This document shows positions 22,484 to 37,078 of a DNA stretch of 64,000 bases, in pieces. The notes below the pieces were generated by a model. That model saw only the letters and a program-made list of their open reading frames with translations, was not told where the DNA came from and did not search any database. Position numbers and translations under genes: made by a program. The first letter of the stretch is position 1. Each line of letters opens with the position of its first letter. The stretch covers positions 96,001-160,000 of the forward strand of contig CBDCLE010000001.1 in NCBI GenBank assembly GCA_965218585.1, given 5' to 3'. Source of the stretch: Terriglobia bacterium. Its GTDB lineage: Bacteria > Acidobacteriota > Terriglobia > 20CM-2-55-15.

Positions 22484-22713
22484 GTCTTCAGACTCCATCT
22501 GATAGCGCCCGACGACAGCCAGAGTCGAGTTGTCAGTTACGCACTCTGTTGAAGCGCACCCGATAATAGCTTTTCTTTTGCCAAGGTCCAGCCAGCCGCT
22601 TCTCTACGACTGTAGTGTTTAGCCTTCGCTAAGCTGGTTGGCCAAATCCAAGTCCCGGCGAGATAACCCCATCCCCTGCAGACAGCTGGAAGGTGGCTGG
22701 GCAACTCTCATGG

Positions 22714-25339
22714 TCATCCTAACCGAACCACCGTTGCCTCACCGACGTTGTTGTACCGGTCTGGCACACAAGTGAGGACGATAATTTGGCATTCTTTCCC
22801 CGCCTTGGCGAGAACTGCTCCCATCAGTTTAAGCCGTTCGGGGTCTGTATATCCCAGAGCATCATCTAAGATGAGGGGAGCCCCACCGCCCTTTGAGACC
22901 GTCATCGCACATGCCAGATGAGATATCAGAGAAAGTTGTTCTTTGGTGCCCGCTCAGGGATTCAAAAGGGACATTGGAGCCATCCATCGCCCGACTGGCA
23001 ATCGACAGGTCCTCAGTTATTTCAACCTCAAAAGAATTGTTGAACACCAAACGTCCAAGCCTCTCGATTTTCTCTTTGAGGGGAGCGACATAGGTACGAC
23101 GCGCCTTGTCACGTTCCTCGCTTATGGTTACATACAACAGCTGGGCTGCTTGGGCCCTTCGGATCATCGCTGCGGTGTCTTGCGTTGTGTGAGCAAGATG
23201 ACTCTGGGCTGCATATAGCTTCTCATGCAAACCCTCTTCTCCGAAGATCTTGAGCCGCATCCGGACTTCTGTATCTTCTTCCTGCGCAGCCGCACGCTTT
23301 TTCTGTGCCGTTTCCAAAGAACCACTCGCCGTTTCCGCCAGAGCCCTTATTCGATCAGGTTCTTTGTCGCTGAGGTCTGCTTCAGCACTCTTTACCTTCG
23401 CCTCTTCTGTATGGACAAGCTTCGCGAATTTAGAATGCTCCGCTTCAAGGTCGTCATCGGCGGTGATCTTTCGGGACCGAGCAAGTTTGTCCTCAGCGTG
23501 GTTTAGTTCTTCAACCTTGAGGTCAAGTTTCACCCTCACCTGCTGGTGTCGCGCCCTCAGTCCATCACGCACCTTGCGGGCCGCATCCAGTTCCGTTCTG
23601 GCTTCTTCCCATACGTTATTGGTCTTTTCAAGATCGCCCTCAGCGTTTCGGAGTTTCTTCTTCGCGGCTTCCAGCGTTGCAGGAAGCTCGGGCTCCCGTA
23701 TTCGGGCCGCTGGATAAGCAGGGACACTTTTTCCTAGCCCTATGATTTTTCTTTTCAATTCCTCATAGGTCAGGTCGCGAAGATTCTCATTCTCGATATT
23801 CTTTTGTCTTGCTATCGACTTCAGCGCTTCCCCGCGCGCGTCATAGGATTGTCTTGCCTCATCCGCATTACTCACTCCGGCAACATTGCATAGGGCATCG
23901 AGCTTCTCAATTGCCTCTTCGACCTTTCTCGACAGATCAGAGGAGCTGGATCCGGTTGTCATTTCCATTTCTAAAGACCCGGGAATTGTCACACGGACCC
24001 GATCAGAGACAGACAGGCTGCGCTCCTCATGCTCTGAGATAGTGGTGTGCTCACCATCAAGCTGGAAATCGAAGTCGGCCAGCCCTCTCAGCAAACAGTC
24101 GGTGCACCAGTATCCAGCTTCGCCTGAGCTGTAATGAGCGAGCGTTCGGCTTTCTGGATTGTTTTCAGAGTATCTTCGTTTATGCTGTTTCCCGCCAACA
24201 ACTCATCAGCCGAGGCGCCTCTTCCCGAGCACGATCTATGCGGTCTTTGCGTTCCTTCATTTGCTCCAGGTGAAGCTTGTTGTTGAAGTAATCCGAATCC
24301 GCACGGTGGAGATTAAGAAGCGATTCGGCCTCTTTGCGCCCGGCTTCAGCTTTGGTCGCGTCCGATTGGGTCTCCTCCAGTTCGCTCTCCGCATTCTTGA
24401 CCGAGGCGGTTGATGATGTGCTGGATTCGTCGAGTTCCGCATGTGCTTTTCTAGTTTTGGATACCGCATCGATGAGGTCTTGGCGCACTTCCATGTCTCG
24501 TTTCGAGGCATTTCCGGATTTCTGTACCGACTCCAACTTAAGGCGGGCTGTTTCCAGAGCGGTCTCCAGCGCCATGATTTCACCGAGAGCCTTTGCGTGT
24601 CTAGAAACATCCCCCCGGAGATCCTCCTCTTGAATCTTCAAACTCTCCAATTCCCGACCGAGCTCCGCGGCGCGCACGATATCTTCCTCAAGGTTCCGAA
24701 TTTGCCTTTCCAGTGAAGCAACTTCAGTCTCTGCTTTGTCCCGAGCTTCTTGAGCGTCCTGCAATTCCTTTCTTTCGCCGCCCCGCTCCGTGAAATAGCG
24801 CCCATACTGCTTCCGCACCATATCGAAGAGACTTTCCTCCCGGGGATCCGCCTGGTGCCCTCCCGCAGCAGTATCGAGAGCAACTGACAATGATGTCTGG
24901 CTTGATAAGTCGGCCTGTCGGACTGCTTCACCTTGCTGAATGCAAAGTGCTTTCCACAAGTCGATGTCAATGGTTTCGCGCAAGATTTCTTCGGCGCGTT
25001 CATGAGCTTCACGTCCCGTATGGTTTTCTGGTGTGGGAGTTGTGATCGTAAAGGTCGTCTCTGGCTTCTTGTGAAACCTTTTGAAGTATGTGAAGACGTA
25101 GGGACCGCTCTCGGCCTCCAGCTCGATCTCCGGACCTGCATCCCTCGTTACAGGCTTAATTGCTTTGATGTTACTGTGCTTGCTCGAGTCGAGATAGTCA
25201 AAGAGAAGTCTGATTGCTTCACTCAGACAGGTTTTCCCGACTTCATTGGGTCCTTCCACGATGGTGAGCCCCTGGGCGCCGAATCGCACCTCGGATTCAT
25301 CAATTCCTCGGTAGTCGGCCAGACGGAGGCGGAGAAGTC

Positions 25340-25346
<7 letters not shown>
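22714..25346 (-). CDS. SbcC/Rad50-like (YhaN-type) coiled-coil ATPase, several frameshifts
   Basis: Walker A GPNEVGKT, long coiled coil, signature ESLSG, Walker B/D-loop LILDDALGYTD, TC motif; split over ORFs 24180-, 22862-24094 and 22714-22905. Confidence 0.8.
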
Positions 25347-27790
<2,444 letters not shown>

Positions 27791-27839
27791 GGTGTATTTC
27801 CCATCGATGGATTCTCGTGTTTGGTCATTCCGCCAGTCA

Positions 27840-28115
27840 CTAAGTCTTTTTGCTGGACTGATCTGACTGTGGAGTGAGGCCAAGATTGTTGTGCACGGTC
27901 ATCAGACGGGCGATGGTGAAGCTGTCAAGCTGCAGGTTGCGAATGCGGGTAACGTCCGCATGGCTGAGGCCGATGCGGCCCTCGGCCTGGCGCGTCGAAA
28001 GCCCTTCATCGTCAAGAATGCCGATAATGCGGGTGGCCAGAGTTGCCTTGGTCTGCTGTACGTCATTGGCAGCGCGGCCGAAGTCACGGAAGACATTGCT
28101 GCTGCCCCACACCAA
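27840..28115 (-). pseudogene. XRE/HigA-like HTH regulator fragment
   Basis: GSSNVFRDFG..KATLA..GLSTRQA..GLSHADVTRIRN..FTIARL. Confidence 0.7.
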
Positions 28116-28129
28116 CTCAAAACCGTCGT

Positions 28130-28470
28130 CCCGGAACGTCGGCGGATTTGGGAACGTGCTCTTCGGCCAATGTTCGTAATTTGATGTGGGCAGGCAGAGC
28201 GGCCCCCTCTCCCACGAACAGTGCTTCTTGCCTTGGTAGAGAAGAAAGCAAAGAGGTCATCGCGCCGAGGCTGTCAGGCAACATTTTGGCGACGTGGCTT
28301 TGATCGGACGAATTGGTAAGACGGAGCACAAGCCACGTGTTGCACTGGGACAGAACCGTCTCTTCAACGTCGGAAGGACGTTGCGATACGAGCATAAGGC
28401 CCAGCCCGTACTTTCTTCCCTCGCGTGCCAGCCGCCGTATGGCGGTTTGGGCCGCGGCGTACTGCGCTTC
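28130..28470 (-). pseudogene. HerA/FtsK-like ATPase C-terminal fragment
   Basis: RRLAREGRKYGLGLMLVSQRPSDVEETVLSQCNTW.VLRLTN..DQ, EALFVGE. Confidence 0.85.
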
Positions 28471-29570
28471 ACCTCGATTGGGGAGCCGGTTCGATTTCTT
28501 GCTTGTCGTTGGCGTGCGGGGTGACGGTTTCGGTGACCACCAGTAGGGTCTCGGTATCCACTCCGGCCTGCACATTGTAGGCTTGCTGGAAACTGCCTCC
28601 GCCCGCCGGCATGATGCGCGATTCCTCATCGGTCAGATTGATCTGATCGTTTGGGCGCACGCCCGGCTCGGGCGGTTCCGGTGGCTTCCCTCCCGGCCGT
28701 TTCCCCGTCTCTTTGGCCCGCGTCTCGCGTTTGGCCATCTTGGCCGCGTGCTCGGCCTGCTCGGCGGCATGCCGTTCCTCGGCCCGCGCTTCCAGCTTCG
28801 CCTTGGCCTCGGCAATCGCTTCCATGCGGTCTTCCCGCCGCTTCAATTCCTCCGGGATGTCCATCCCCTCGGGCACGTCCGCGTCCGCCGCCGCCGCCAT
28901 CTCCATCAACCGCGCCACTTCCGCCTTCAGTTGCTGTTCCAGTTCCGTCGCATGACCCCAACTCAACGCACTGTGCTTCGACGCATTCGCCTGAACCTTG
29001 CCCCATCCAGGCTGATCTTCCCCAGATTCAGAAAACCCATCGTTCGCGCCAACCACAATATCTGGACGAACAACGGCTTCAGCTGTTTCAGAAACCGTTT
29101 CCGGAACGTCGCGATCGTGTCGTGATCCGGATGCGTGTTCGCGGCAATATACCGTAACGCCAGCGAATCGTAGGTCGCCTCCTCCAGCTTCCGGCTCGCA
29201 AACACTCCCGTCGCGTATCCGTAAAACAGCAACGCCAACAGCATCTCCGGATGGTAGGCCTTCGATCCTCTCCCCGCGTAGGGCATCTCCAACTCATGCA
29301 GGTCCAGCTTCGACGCCACCTCCACGACAAACCGCGCCAAATGCTGTTCCGGAAGCCAATCCTGCACCGACGGTGGCAGCAAGTACGCTGTGTCTCGATC
29401 CACAGCTCGGAATCGTTCGCTCATGCTCCGATTCTTCCCACCCTCAACGGTCAACTCAGGTCCGGAAAGTCCTTTGTTTTCAACGACGGCCCTTTTCAGC
29501 TCGAAACTGTAAACACAGTCATATGAATGACTTAGATTTTCGATTTGGTGTTAGTCCGACAGGCTGCTAG
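28470..29570 (-). mobile_element. IS1182-family element, 3'-truncated and frameshifted
   Basis: LLPPSVQDWLPEQHLARFV, AYHPEMLL, PDHDTIATFR, ANASKH, QINLTDEESRIM, YNVQAGVD; end CTAGCAGCCTGTCGGACT. Confidence 0.9.
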
Positions 29571-29698
29571 GGTCTCGGTAGCCTGTCTTAATGTCGTCAC
29601 ACCGGATCCGTATTCATAAAGCGGGCCGTCCAGGCAGTTGAGCGGTCGCGGGTCCCCTTCGCTTAATGGCCGGCCGGGTTAGACTGGACCATCCCAGC

Positions 29699-32338
29699 AT
29701 GACTACCATAACCGCAACTACTCGACTCGCCCGCGAACTGCGGCAGGAATACGACCGGAAACAGGAGGCTATAGGCCTCTCCTCCTGGCCGACGCCCCAC
29801 ATCCTGCCATTGTCGGCCTGGCTGTCCGAGTTGTGGGCGAGCTGGTTGTATTCTGAGCCGACTGCGCTATCCCCGCGCCTGCTCCGGCCAGCAGAGGAAC
29901 TGTCTATCTGGCAAAGTATTGTTCGTTCAGGGGCTGAGAACTTGCTGCTGGAAGTGCCCGCAACTGCCGAAGCGGCCCTTGATGCCTGGAATCTTCTGTG
30001 TGCCTGGAACCTTCCGTTGGATGCCCCGGACTGGCGCGATTCTGCCGATTCCGAGACCTTCCACATGTGGGCTCAGGAGTTCCGTCGCCTGTGTCGCGAG
30101 AACGGCTGGTTGTGCGGCGCCGAGCTCCCGGCATTTGTTACAGATCTCATCGACGAGGGAGAAATACCAGTTCCTGAACACATTGAAATTGCGGGATTTC
30201 TCGAACCAACGTCTGTCCAGCAGCGATTCTTTGACTCACTGGTTCGGCGGGGTGCCGAAGTCCAGGAGCGCAAGCTCGCCGATTCCACGGGCAACGCCGT
30301 CCGCGTCGGTCTGATCGATGGCAACCGCGAAATCCGTGCTGCCGCCGAATGGGCGCGCCGCATTCTGGAAAGTGACCCGGCAGCGGCTGCCCCGGAGTTC
30401 CGGATCGGCGTCATCGTTCCCGATCTCGGTCGATGCCGCAGCCAAGTTGAGCGTGTTTTTGCCGAAGAATTCCATCCCCGCCGCCGCCTGCGGCCCGACC
30501 TGGACCCGCAGCGACTCTTCAACATCTCTCTCGGACTACCTCTCAGCGAATACCCGGTCATCGAGACGGCGTTTCTGGTCGTCGGAACTGACCCTAAGGA
30601 GATTCCAATCGAGATCGCGGGTCGATTTCTGCGATCCCCTTTCATTCATGGTGCTGAGGAGGAATTGACGAACCGGGCCCTCCTGGATGCGGATCTGCGC
30701 TCTTTGAGGGAGCCTGAAGTGTCGTTTGCAGACATCGTCGAGATGGCTGGCAGAGGCGATGTCTTGTATCCGTGTCCTATGCTCTCGTCACGACTCAGGT
30801 CGTGGTTAGAAGCGCGACAGAGTTTGCAGGCCTCGCAGATGCCCAGTGACTGGGCTCCTGCATTATCCCGGGTTCTGCAGGCGATCGGATGGCCCGGAGA
30901 CAGAGGCCTCAACAGCAGTGAGTACCAAACGCTGGAAGTGTGGAATGAGCTGCTCTCCGAACTGGCCGGCCTCGACAGCGTCACCGGACGTATCTCGCTG
31001 GACACCGCCGTCAGAATGCTGCGGCGCCTGGCTTCATCCAGGCAATTTCAGCCCGAGTCCGAGCCCGCGCCGGTCCAGATCCTGGGCGTGTTCGAATCCT
31101 CGGGCCTGCGGTTCGACCGGCTCTGGATTATGGGGATGCACGACAATGCGTGGCCGGCGGCGGCCGCTCCGGACCCCTTCCTGCCGTTTCGTCTGCAGCG
31201 CTGTTTCAACCTGCCTCGTTGCTCACCGGACCGGGAACTGGAGTTCACCCAGGTTCTCACTACACGGCTTCTGGCGAGCGCCCCCACCATCGTCGTGAGT
31301 TATCCCCAACGGGAAGACGATTCCGATTTAAGGGTCAGCCCGCTGTTTGGCGCGTTGCCTGAAGTTGCGGTTGGCGACCTAGGGGTCCTGGGCTCGGCCC
31401 GTTATGTCGAACAGCTTCACGGCTCGTCCCGGATGGAGACTCTGGAAGATCACAGTGGGCCTCCGTGCGGCGATGCCGCACTCAAAGGGGGAACCTCCCT
31501 GTTCAAGCTTCAGGCCGCATGTCCGTTCAAAGCGTTTGCCGAATTACGACTTGGAGCGAGAGCGCTGGATCAGCCGGAACCGGGATTGAGCGTGCTTGAC
31601 CGCGGTCAACTGATTCACCGCATTCTCAAGCGGGTCTGGCAGCAATTGGAATCCCACGAGGGATTGCTTTCGACTCCTGAAGACCGTCTGGAGGACATCG
31701 TGCGCACAACCGCCGGCGCGGAGATTCAAAGCCTGTCCGAACGTCGCCGCGCCCTCCGAAGGCCTCGATTTGCCGCTATAGAACAGGCGCGCCTCAAGCG
31801 TGTCATTGGGGATTGGTTGCTCCTTGAAAAGGAACGGCAGCCTTTCACGATGCTCGAACAGGAAGAAAGTCGGCGTGTGACAGTGGGTGGCATCGATTTG
31901 CGTATCCGCGCCGACCGCGTGGATCGTCTCGAAGATGGAAGACTGGTCATCCTGGACTACAAGACCGGTGAGTGCAGCCCATCCGATTGGGATGGACCCA
32001 GGCCGGATGAACCGCAACTTCCCATCTACGCCGTCACGGCGGATTCTCCGGTGGCGGGGGTTTTCTTTGGCAGGCTCAAGACTGGGAAAGTCGGCTTCCG
32101 GGGCTTGGCCCACTCTGAGGGCATTGTTCCCGGCGTAAAGGTGTCCGACAACCAGCTGCCACTCGGCGACACGATTGAAGACTGGCGTGATGTCCTGGAT
32201 CGACTGGGCGACGACTTTCGGGCAGGACGCGCCGCGGTCGATCCGAAGGACCGCCACCTGACCTGCCGGTACTGTGCATTACCCACACTTTGCCGGATCA
32301 GTCAGGCCGACCGTCCGTCGGAGGGTGGCGATGCCTGA
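29699..32338 (+). CDS. addB: AddB-like PD-(D/E)xK nuclease subunit
   Basis: Degenerate helicase body; RADRVD..LDYKTG, QLPIYA; four Fe-S 'staple' cysteines (CPF...CRYC..LC). Confidence 0.85.
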   Translation: MTTITATTRLARELRQEYDRKQEAIGLSSWPTPHILPLSAWLSELWASWLYSEPTALSPRLLRPAEELSIWQSIVRSGAENLLLEVPATAEAALDAWNLLCAWNLPLDAPDWRDSADSETFHMWAQEFRRLCRENGWLCGAELPAFVTDLIDEGEIPVPEHIEIAGFLEPTSVQQRFFDSLVRRGAEVQERKLADSTGNAVRVGLIDGNREIRAAAEWARRILESDPAAAAPEFRIGVIVPDLGRCRSQVERVFAEEFHPRRRLRPDLDPQRLFNISLGLPLSEYPVIETAFLVVGTDPKEIPIEIAGRFLRSPFIHGAEEELTNRALLDADLRSLREPEVSFADIVEMAGRGDVLYPCPMLSSRLRSWLEARQSLQASQMPSDWAPALSRVLQAIGWPGDRGLNSSEYQTLEVWNELLSELAGLDSVTGRISLDTAVRMLRRLASSRQFQPESEPAPVQILGVFESSGLRFDRLWIMGMHDNAWPAAAAPDPFLPFRLQRCFNLPRCSPDRELEFTQVLTTRLLASAPTIVVSYPQREDDSDLRVSPLFGALPEVAVGDLGVLGSARYVEQLHGSSRMETLEDHSGPPCGDAALKGGTSLFKLQAACPFKAFAELRLGARALDQPEPGLSVLDRGQLIHRILKRVWQQLESHEGLLSTPEDRLEDIVRTTAGAEIQSLSERRRALRRPRFAAIEQARLKRVIGDWLLLEKERQPFTMLEQEESRRVTVGGIDLRIRADRVDRLEDGRLVILDYKTGECSPSDWDGPRPDEPQLPIYAVTADSPVAGVFFGRLKTGKVGFRGLAHSEGIVPGVKVSDNQLPLGDTIEDWRDVLDRLGDDFRAGRAAVDPKDRHLTCRYCALPTLCRISQADRPSEGGDA

Positions 32339-35300
32339 ACGCGTCGAGGACCAAGCGCAGCGTCTCCAGGCGCTCGACCCCACCCAATCGTTTATCGTGC
32401 AGGCGCCGGCGGGTTCCGGAAAGACCGAACTGCTCATCCAGCGATTCCTGACATTGCTGGGCCGAGTCGATCAACCGGAGGCCGTCGTTGCCATCACCTT
32501 CACACGGAAGGCAGCAGCCGAAATGCGTCACCGGGTGATCGCGGCCCTCCAGAGCGCCTCGGATCCGGACGCGGAATCGCCGCATGAAAAATACACGAGG
32601 AAACTCGCACAGGAAGCCCTCGCCCAAAACGACAGATTGAACTGGCGTTTGATTGAACATCCTTCGCGTCTACGAATTCAGACCATCGATTCCTTGTGCG
32701 CCACACTCGTTCGGCAAATGCCCTGGGTTTCCCGGATGGGTGCGCCACCGCGCCCGGAAGAGGACGTGCAGCATTTGTACCGTCAGGCGGCCCGCCGAAC
32801 GCTGGCGATGTTGGATTCCGGCGAGACTCGGATCGAGGTATCCGACGCGTTATCGCGACTTCTCTCCCATCTGGACAACCATGTTGGAACCGTCGAGAAA
32901 CTGGTGAGCACCATGCTTGGGAGTCGTGACCAGTGGTTGCGCCACGTGGTCGGACATCCCGAGTCCGCCACGCTGCGCGAGGAGCTGGAGTCTTCACTCA
33001 CCGAAGTCATCGAGCGCGCGATGGAACACCTCGCGACGACATTTCCCGAACGCTTCAAGGTGGAAACAGTCAAGTTGGCCCGCTTTGCGGCGGGGAACCT
33101 TGCGCGGGAAGGGCGCACGAGCGCCCTGGCTGCTTGCGTCGAACTGCGGGACTTCCCGGATGCTGCCCTCAAGTCGCTGCCTCATTGGCTGGGACTTGAG
33201 GAGATGTTCCTCACCGGGCAGGGAACGCCGCGCCGCCGGCTGACCAGGAATGAGGGATTTCCGGCAACTGATGCGGGACGTGCGGCTAAGGATCGGTTGA
33301 GTGCGATCGAACTCGATCCGGCCGTCGTTACTTCGTTGCACACATTGAGATCATTGCCGCCGGCGCGGTTTGGCGAAACACAGTGGGACATGCTGGGCGC
33401 CATGATGCTCCTGCTGCCGGTGGCCGTCGGCCAGCTCCGACTGGTCTTCCAGGAGGAGGGCCGGGTCGACTTTACAGAGATAGCGATCGGAGCACGAACC
33501 GCGCTGGGTTCGGACGAAGCCCCCACCGACCTTGCATTTGCTCTCGATTGTCGAATCCAGCATCTGCTGATTGACGAGTTCCAGGATACGTCCCAGAGTC
33601 AGTACGGCTTACTGACCCGGCTCATCGGCGACTGGCAGCCCGGAGACGGCCGCACGCTGTTTCTGGTCGGCGACCCCATGCAGTCGATCTACGGCTTTCG
33701 TGAAGCGGAGGTGGGACTCTTCTTGCGTGCCCGGGCCGAAGGCGTGGGCGGTTTCCCGCTGACGCCGCTCACACTCTCGGTGAACTTTCGTTCCAGTGCA
33801 GGAATCGTGGATTGGGTAAACCGCGCATTGAGTGACGCCTTCCCGGACATAAAGGATATGTTCACCGGGGCCGTGACTTACGAATCATCCGTGCCGTTCA
33901 AGACCGAACGTCTTAACGGTGCCGTTCGCGTATACCCGTTTCTCGTGAGGGGGCCGGGACTGGAAGCCGAGCGAGTTCTCGAAATCATCAATGAGACCCA
34001 ATCGACGAACCCCGGCGAAACGATCGCCGTGCTCGTGCGGGCCCGCAGTCACCTGTTCAGTATCGTCTCGGCGCTTCGTAGAGCCGGGAAGAAATTTCGT
34101 GCCGTGGAGATTGATGCCTTAGGCGAACGTCCAGTTGTCGAAGACTTGCTGGCGCTCACCCAGGCGCTCCTGCATCCCGGGGACCGGCTGGCCTGGCTGT
34201 CGATTCTTCGGGCGCCGTGGTGCGGCCTGAGGCTTGCGGATCTTGAAGGTCTGGTGAACGGCGACTCCGCGGCCGCAATTTGGGATCTCCTGCAGGATCC
34301 GGCGACCCGAGACCGGTTGTCTCCCAAAGGCAAAACCCGCATCAATCATCTGGTTCCCCTTCTCTCCGATGCCCTCGCTCGACGAGGAACGTTGCCTGTT
34401 CGCCGATGGGTGGAAGGCGTGTGGACCGACCTGGGCGGCCCGGCATGCCTCGAAACTCGCACGGAGTTGGAAGACGCCGCCGCCTATCTGGACCTCTTAG
34501 AGCAGTCCCTCGATGGGCTGGATATCCGGAACGAGAGAAAATTCGCCGATGATGTTGCCCGATTGTTCGCTCCTCCGGATGCGGAAGCCAGCGAAGAGCT
34601 GCAGTTACTGACGATTCACAAGGCCAAGGGGCTGGAATTCGATACCGTCATTCTGCCGGGATTAGGACGCCGCACACGGCCGGACGACCTGCGCTTGCTG
34701 ATGTGGCTTGAATATATGGATGGCGGTCAGTCCCGGATGCTGCTGGCGCCCATCCATGAGGCCGGCGGCGACAAGGATTTGCTCTACGAGTATTTGCGAC
34801 AGGTTGACTCTGAAAAACGCGGTCATGAAAGTACGCGTCTCTTGTATGTGGCCGCCACCCGGGCTCGGAAACACCTGCATCTCCTGGGACACGCGAGCCT
34901 GGATCGTGAAGGTGCGGCTTTGAAAGCTCCCAATTCGCGGGCCCTGCTGGCAAAGATATGGGGGGCCGTCGAGCCGGAATTCGCGGCTGCGTTGGAGAGC
35001 CCGGGTATACCCCAAGACATCGAGGAATATACAGGTGCTGTGGAGCCCAAAGGGGTGCCGCTCCGACGCCTGGCTGCTGATTGGGTGCCTGTCCCTCCAC
35101 CCGACGATATCGTTTGGAAGCCGCAGAAACAGCCGTCCGAGACGGAATCCGGTGAAGCGCACCACCCGACTTTTGAGTGGGTGAGCGAACTGCAGCGCCG
35201 AGTGGGAATCGTCGTCCATCGAATGCTTCAGGAAATGCGAGTGCCGGATCGTCTGGACTTCAGCGAAGACATCCTCCGTATCGCGCTCCGGTCCGAGGGG

Positions 35301-35699
35301 CTGGACGGAGACAAGCTGGACGAAGCCGTGTCCCGGGCAGTATCGGCTCTGCAGAATACGATCGGGGACGCCCGCGGCCGCTGGATTCTTTCCCAACACG
35401 AAAACGACGAACGGGAGTACGCGCTCTCAGCAGTTGTCGAAGGACGGGTGCGGCGCTTTGTTCTGGATCGGACTTTTGTGGACGGGAACACACGTTGGAT
35501 CATCGACTATAAGACGGGAATGCATACCGGCGGGGCCCCGGATAGGTTCCTGGATAACGAGCAGGCACGGTATCGTGCTCAGCTGGAGCGCTACGGAAGC
35601 GTGATCCAGCCCATGGATTCCCGTCCTGTCCGGCTGGGTTTGTATTTTCCCATGCTCCGGGGCTGGAGGGAGTGGCCATTCGGGCACCAGCCCGTCTGA
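32331..35699 (+). CDS. addA: AddA-like UvrD helicase-nuclease
   Basis: APAGSGKT, IDEFQDTS, VGDPMQSIYGFR, TIHKAKGLEF, LYVAATRA, IIDYKTG. Confidence 0.9.
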   Translation: MPERVEDQAQRLQALDPTQSFIVQAPAGSGKTELLIQRFLTLLGRVDQPEAVVAITFTRKAAAEMRHRVIAALQSASDPDAESPHEKYTRKLAQEALAQNDRLNWRLIEHPSRLRIQTIDSLCATLVRQMPWVSRMGAPPRPEEDVQHLYRQAARRTLAMLDSGETRIEVSDALSRLLSHLDNHVGTVEKLVSTMLGSRDQWLRHVVGHPESATLREELESSLTEVIERAMEHLATTFPERFKVETVKLARFAAGNLAREGRTSALAACVELRDFPDAALKSLPHWLGLEEMFLTGQGTPRRRLTRNEGFPATDAGRAAKDRLSAIELDPAVVTSLHTLRSLPPARFGETQWDMLGAMMLLLPVAVGQLRLVFQEEGRVDFTEIAIGARTALGSDEAPTDLAFALDCRIQHLLIDEFQDTSQSQYGLLTRLIGDWQPGDGRTLFLVGDPMQSIYGFREAEVGLFLRARAEGVGGFPLTPLTLSVNFRSSAGIVDWVNRALSDAFPDIKDMFTGAVTYESSVPFKTERLNGAVRVYPFLVRGPGLEAERVLEIINETQSTNPGETIAVLVRARSHLFSIVSALRRAGKKFRAVEIDALGERPVVEDLLALTQALLHPGDRLAWLSILRAPWCGLRLADLEGLVNGDSAAAIWDLLQDPATRDRLSPKGKTRINHLVPLLSDALARRGTLPVRRWVEGVWTDLGGPACLETRTELEDAAAYLDLLEQSLDGLDIRNERKFADDVARLFAPPDAEASEELQLLTIHKAKGLEFDTVILPGLGRRTRPDDLRLLMWLEYMDGGQSRMLLAPIHEAGGDKDLLYEYLRQVDSEKRGHESTRLLYVAATRARKHLHLLGHASLDREGAALKAPNSRALLAKIWGAVEPEFAAALESPGIPQDIEEYTGAVEPKGVPLRRLAADWVPVPPPDDIVWKPQKQPSETESGEAHHPTFEWVSELQRRVGIVVHRMLQEMRVPDRLDFSEDILRIALRSEGLDGDKLDEAVSRAVSALQNTIGDARGRWILSQHENDEREYALSAVVEGRVRRFVLDRTFVDGNTRWIIDYKTGMHTGGAPDRFLDNEQARYRAQLERYGSVIQPMDSRPVRLGLYFPMLRGWREWPFGHQPV

Positions 35700-35839
35700 C
35701 ACTCCTCGGTGGACACGTTAGGAACGGCCACCACGGTGGCCGAGACAGCTGATCGCTTTTACTTGTGGCGGCTTCCTGCCGCAAGTCGGTCCAGACCTTG
35801 GTGCGACAGCGGTGCGGCCCGCACTTGGGCAGGCGATGG

Positions 35840-36032
35840 GGTCATGGCGGCCCGAGGCGTGGGTTCTGGCCATCGGCCGAATCCTGATGCAGCGGGTGGC
35901 AGATGCCTCAGCAGACAGCCTGCTCACGTTCATGTAGCACGCCGTGCTGCCTGCCTTGGTGGTGATCACCGACGGGCTCCAGAGCTACCGCCGCCTTCCC
36001 AAGCTCCGCTATCGCCACGACCGGAGAGTGCT
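35840..36032 (+). pseudogene. IS1595-family transposase fragment
   Basis: GRILMQRVADASADSLLTFM*..VVITDGLQSY with an internal stop. Confidence 0.6.
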
Positions 36033-36579
36033 CATGGAAAATCGCATCAAGGAACAGCAGTTGGATCTATTCGCCGACCGGACCAGCGCGGCAACCATGC
36101 GCGCCAATCAACTCCGGCTCTATCTGTCCTCGGCCGCCTACATGCTCCTGCACGCGTTACGCCGTCTGGGACTGAAGAATACCGATCTGGCCCGCGCTCA
36201 GTGCCAGACGATCCGCTTGAAGCTCCTCAAGATCGGAGCTCAAGTCCGTCTGACGGTTCGCAACATCTGGATCTCCATGTCGGAAGCCTATCCCTACGCC
36301 GAGGTCTTTGCCCTCGTCCATCGAAACCTGCAGGCGCTTCCTCTGCGCTGCTGAGAACCGACCCGATCCCCTGCGCCAAAATCGACTCGCTCTTTTCGGC
36401 TCCGCCGAGGTTTGTCTCAGTGCGTTTCGTCACCCTCTTCTGAACCCGAAAACGCAGCAACTCCCGCTTGTCGACACCGCCGAGTCACGCCACACATGCC
36501 CAATTCGAACCCAGATCCTCCCGAATCCGATTCTTACTGCCCAAATCCCCCTGATCGCCGGACTGGTGAAACATGCGGG
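36033..36579 (+). mobile_element. Right-hand 547 bp of the IS1380 element
   Basis: Appears identical by eye to 12273-12819, including the right IR and the following CTAG. Confidence 0.95.
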
Positions 36580-37078
36580 CTAGAGACACCGCCAGCGGTG
36601 GAGTCGCCGCTTCTCGAAACGGAAGGTAACTGCGCTGTAACGCGCCCAACTGGAAGAGCCGGATTAAGCATCTTAATATTAATAACTTGATCGTCGGATC
36701 TCTCGAGTTGCGGCGGCGATATTCTTGTCCCGGCATTTGCTTGTAATCCGGCACACACACCGACGTGGAGGAAGGGGAATTCTGAAAATTTTTTAGAAAT
36801 CCTCGACCAATTTCTTTCGTTCTTCGAACGCAAGGATAGGAAGAGGAGGGCGAGTGAAAGCTCAAGTCGGCGTTTTTGTCCAGCGATTTCGTCTGAAAAT
36901 AATTGAAATCAGCTCGTTTATCTCTTGACCCGAGTAGCGGCTATGGACAAAAATGGCGACTGAGCAATACTAAACTAATTAGACCCAGGATGACCTCTCT
37001 TGCTGTGACAATTTGTGAGGTGTACTGGATTTAAAGGGTGATCTGTATTTGAGCAGAGAGTTTAGGAGGGTTTGGTCG

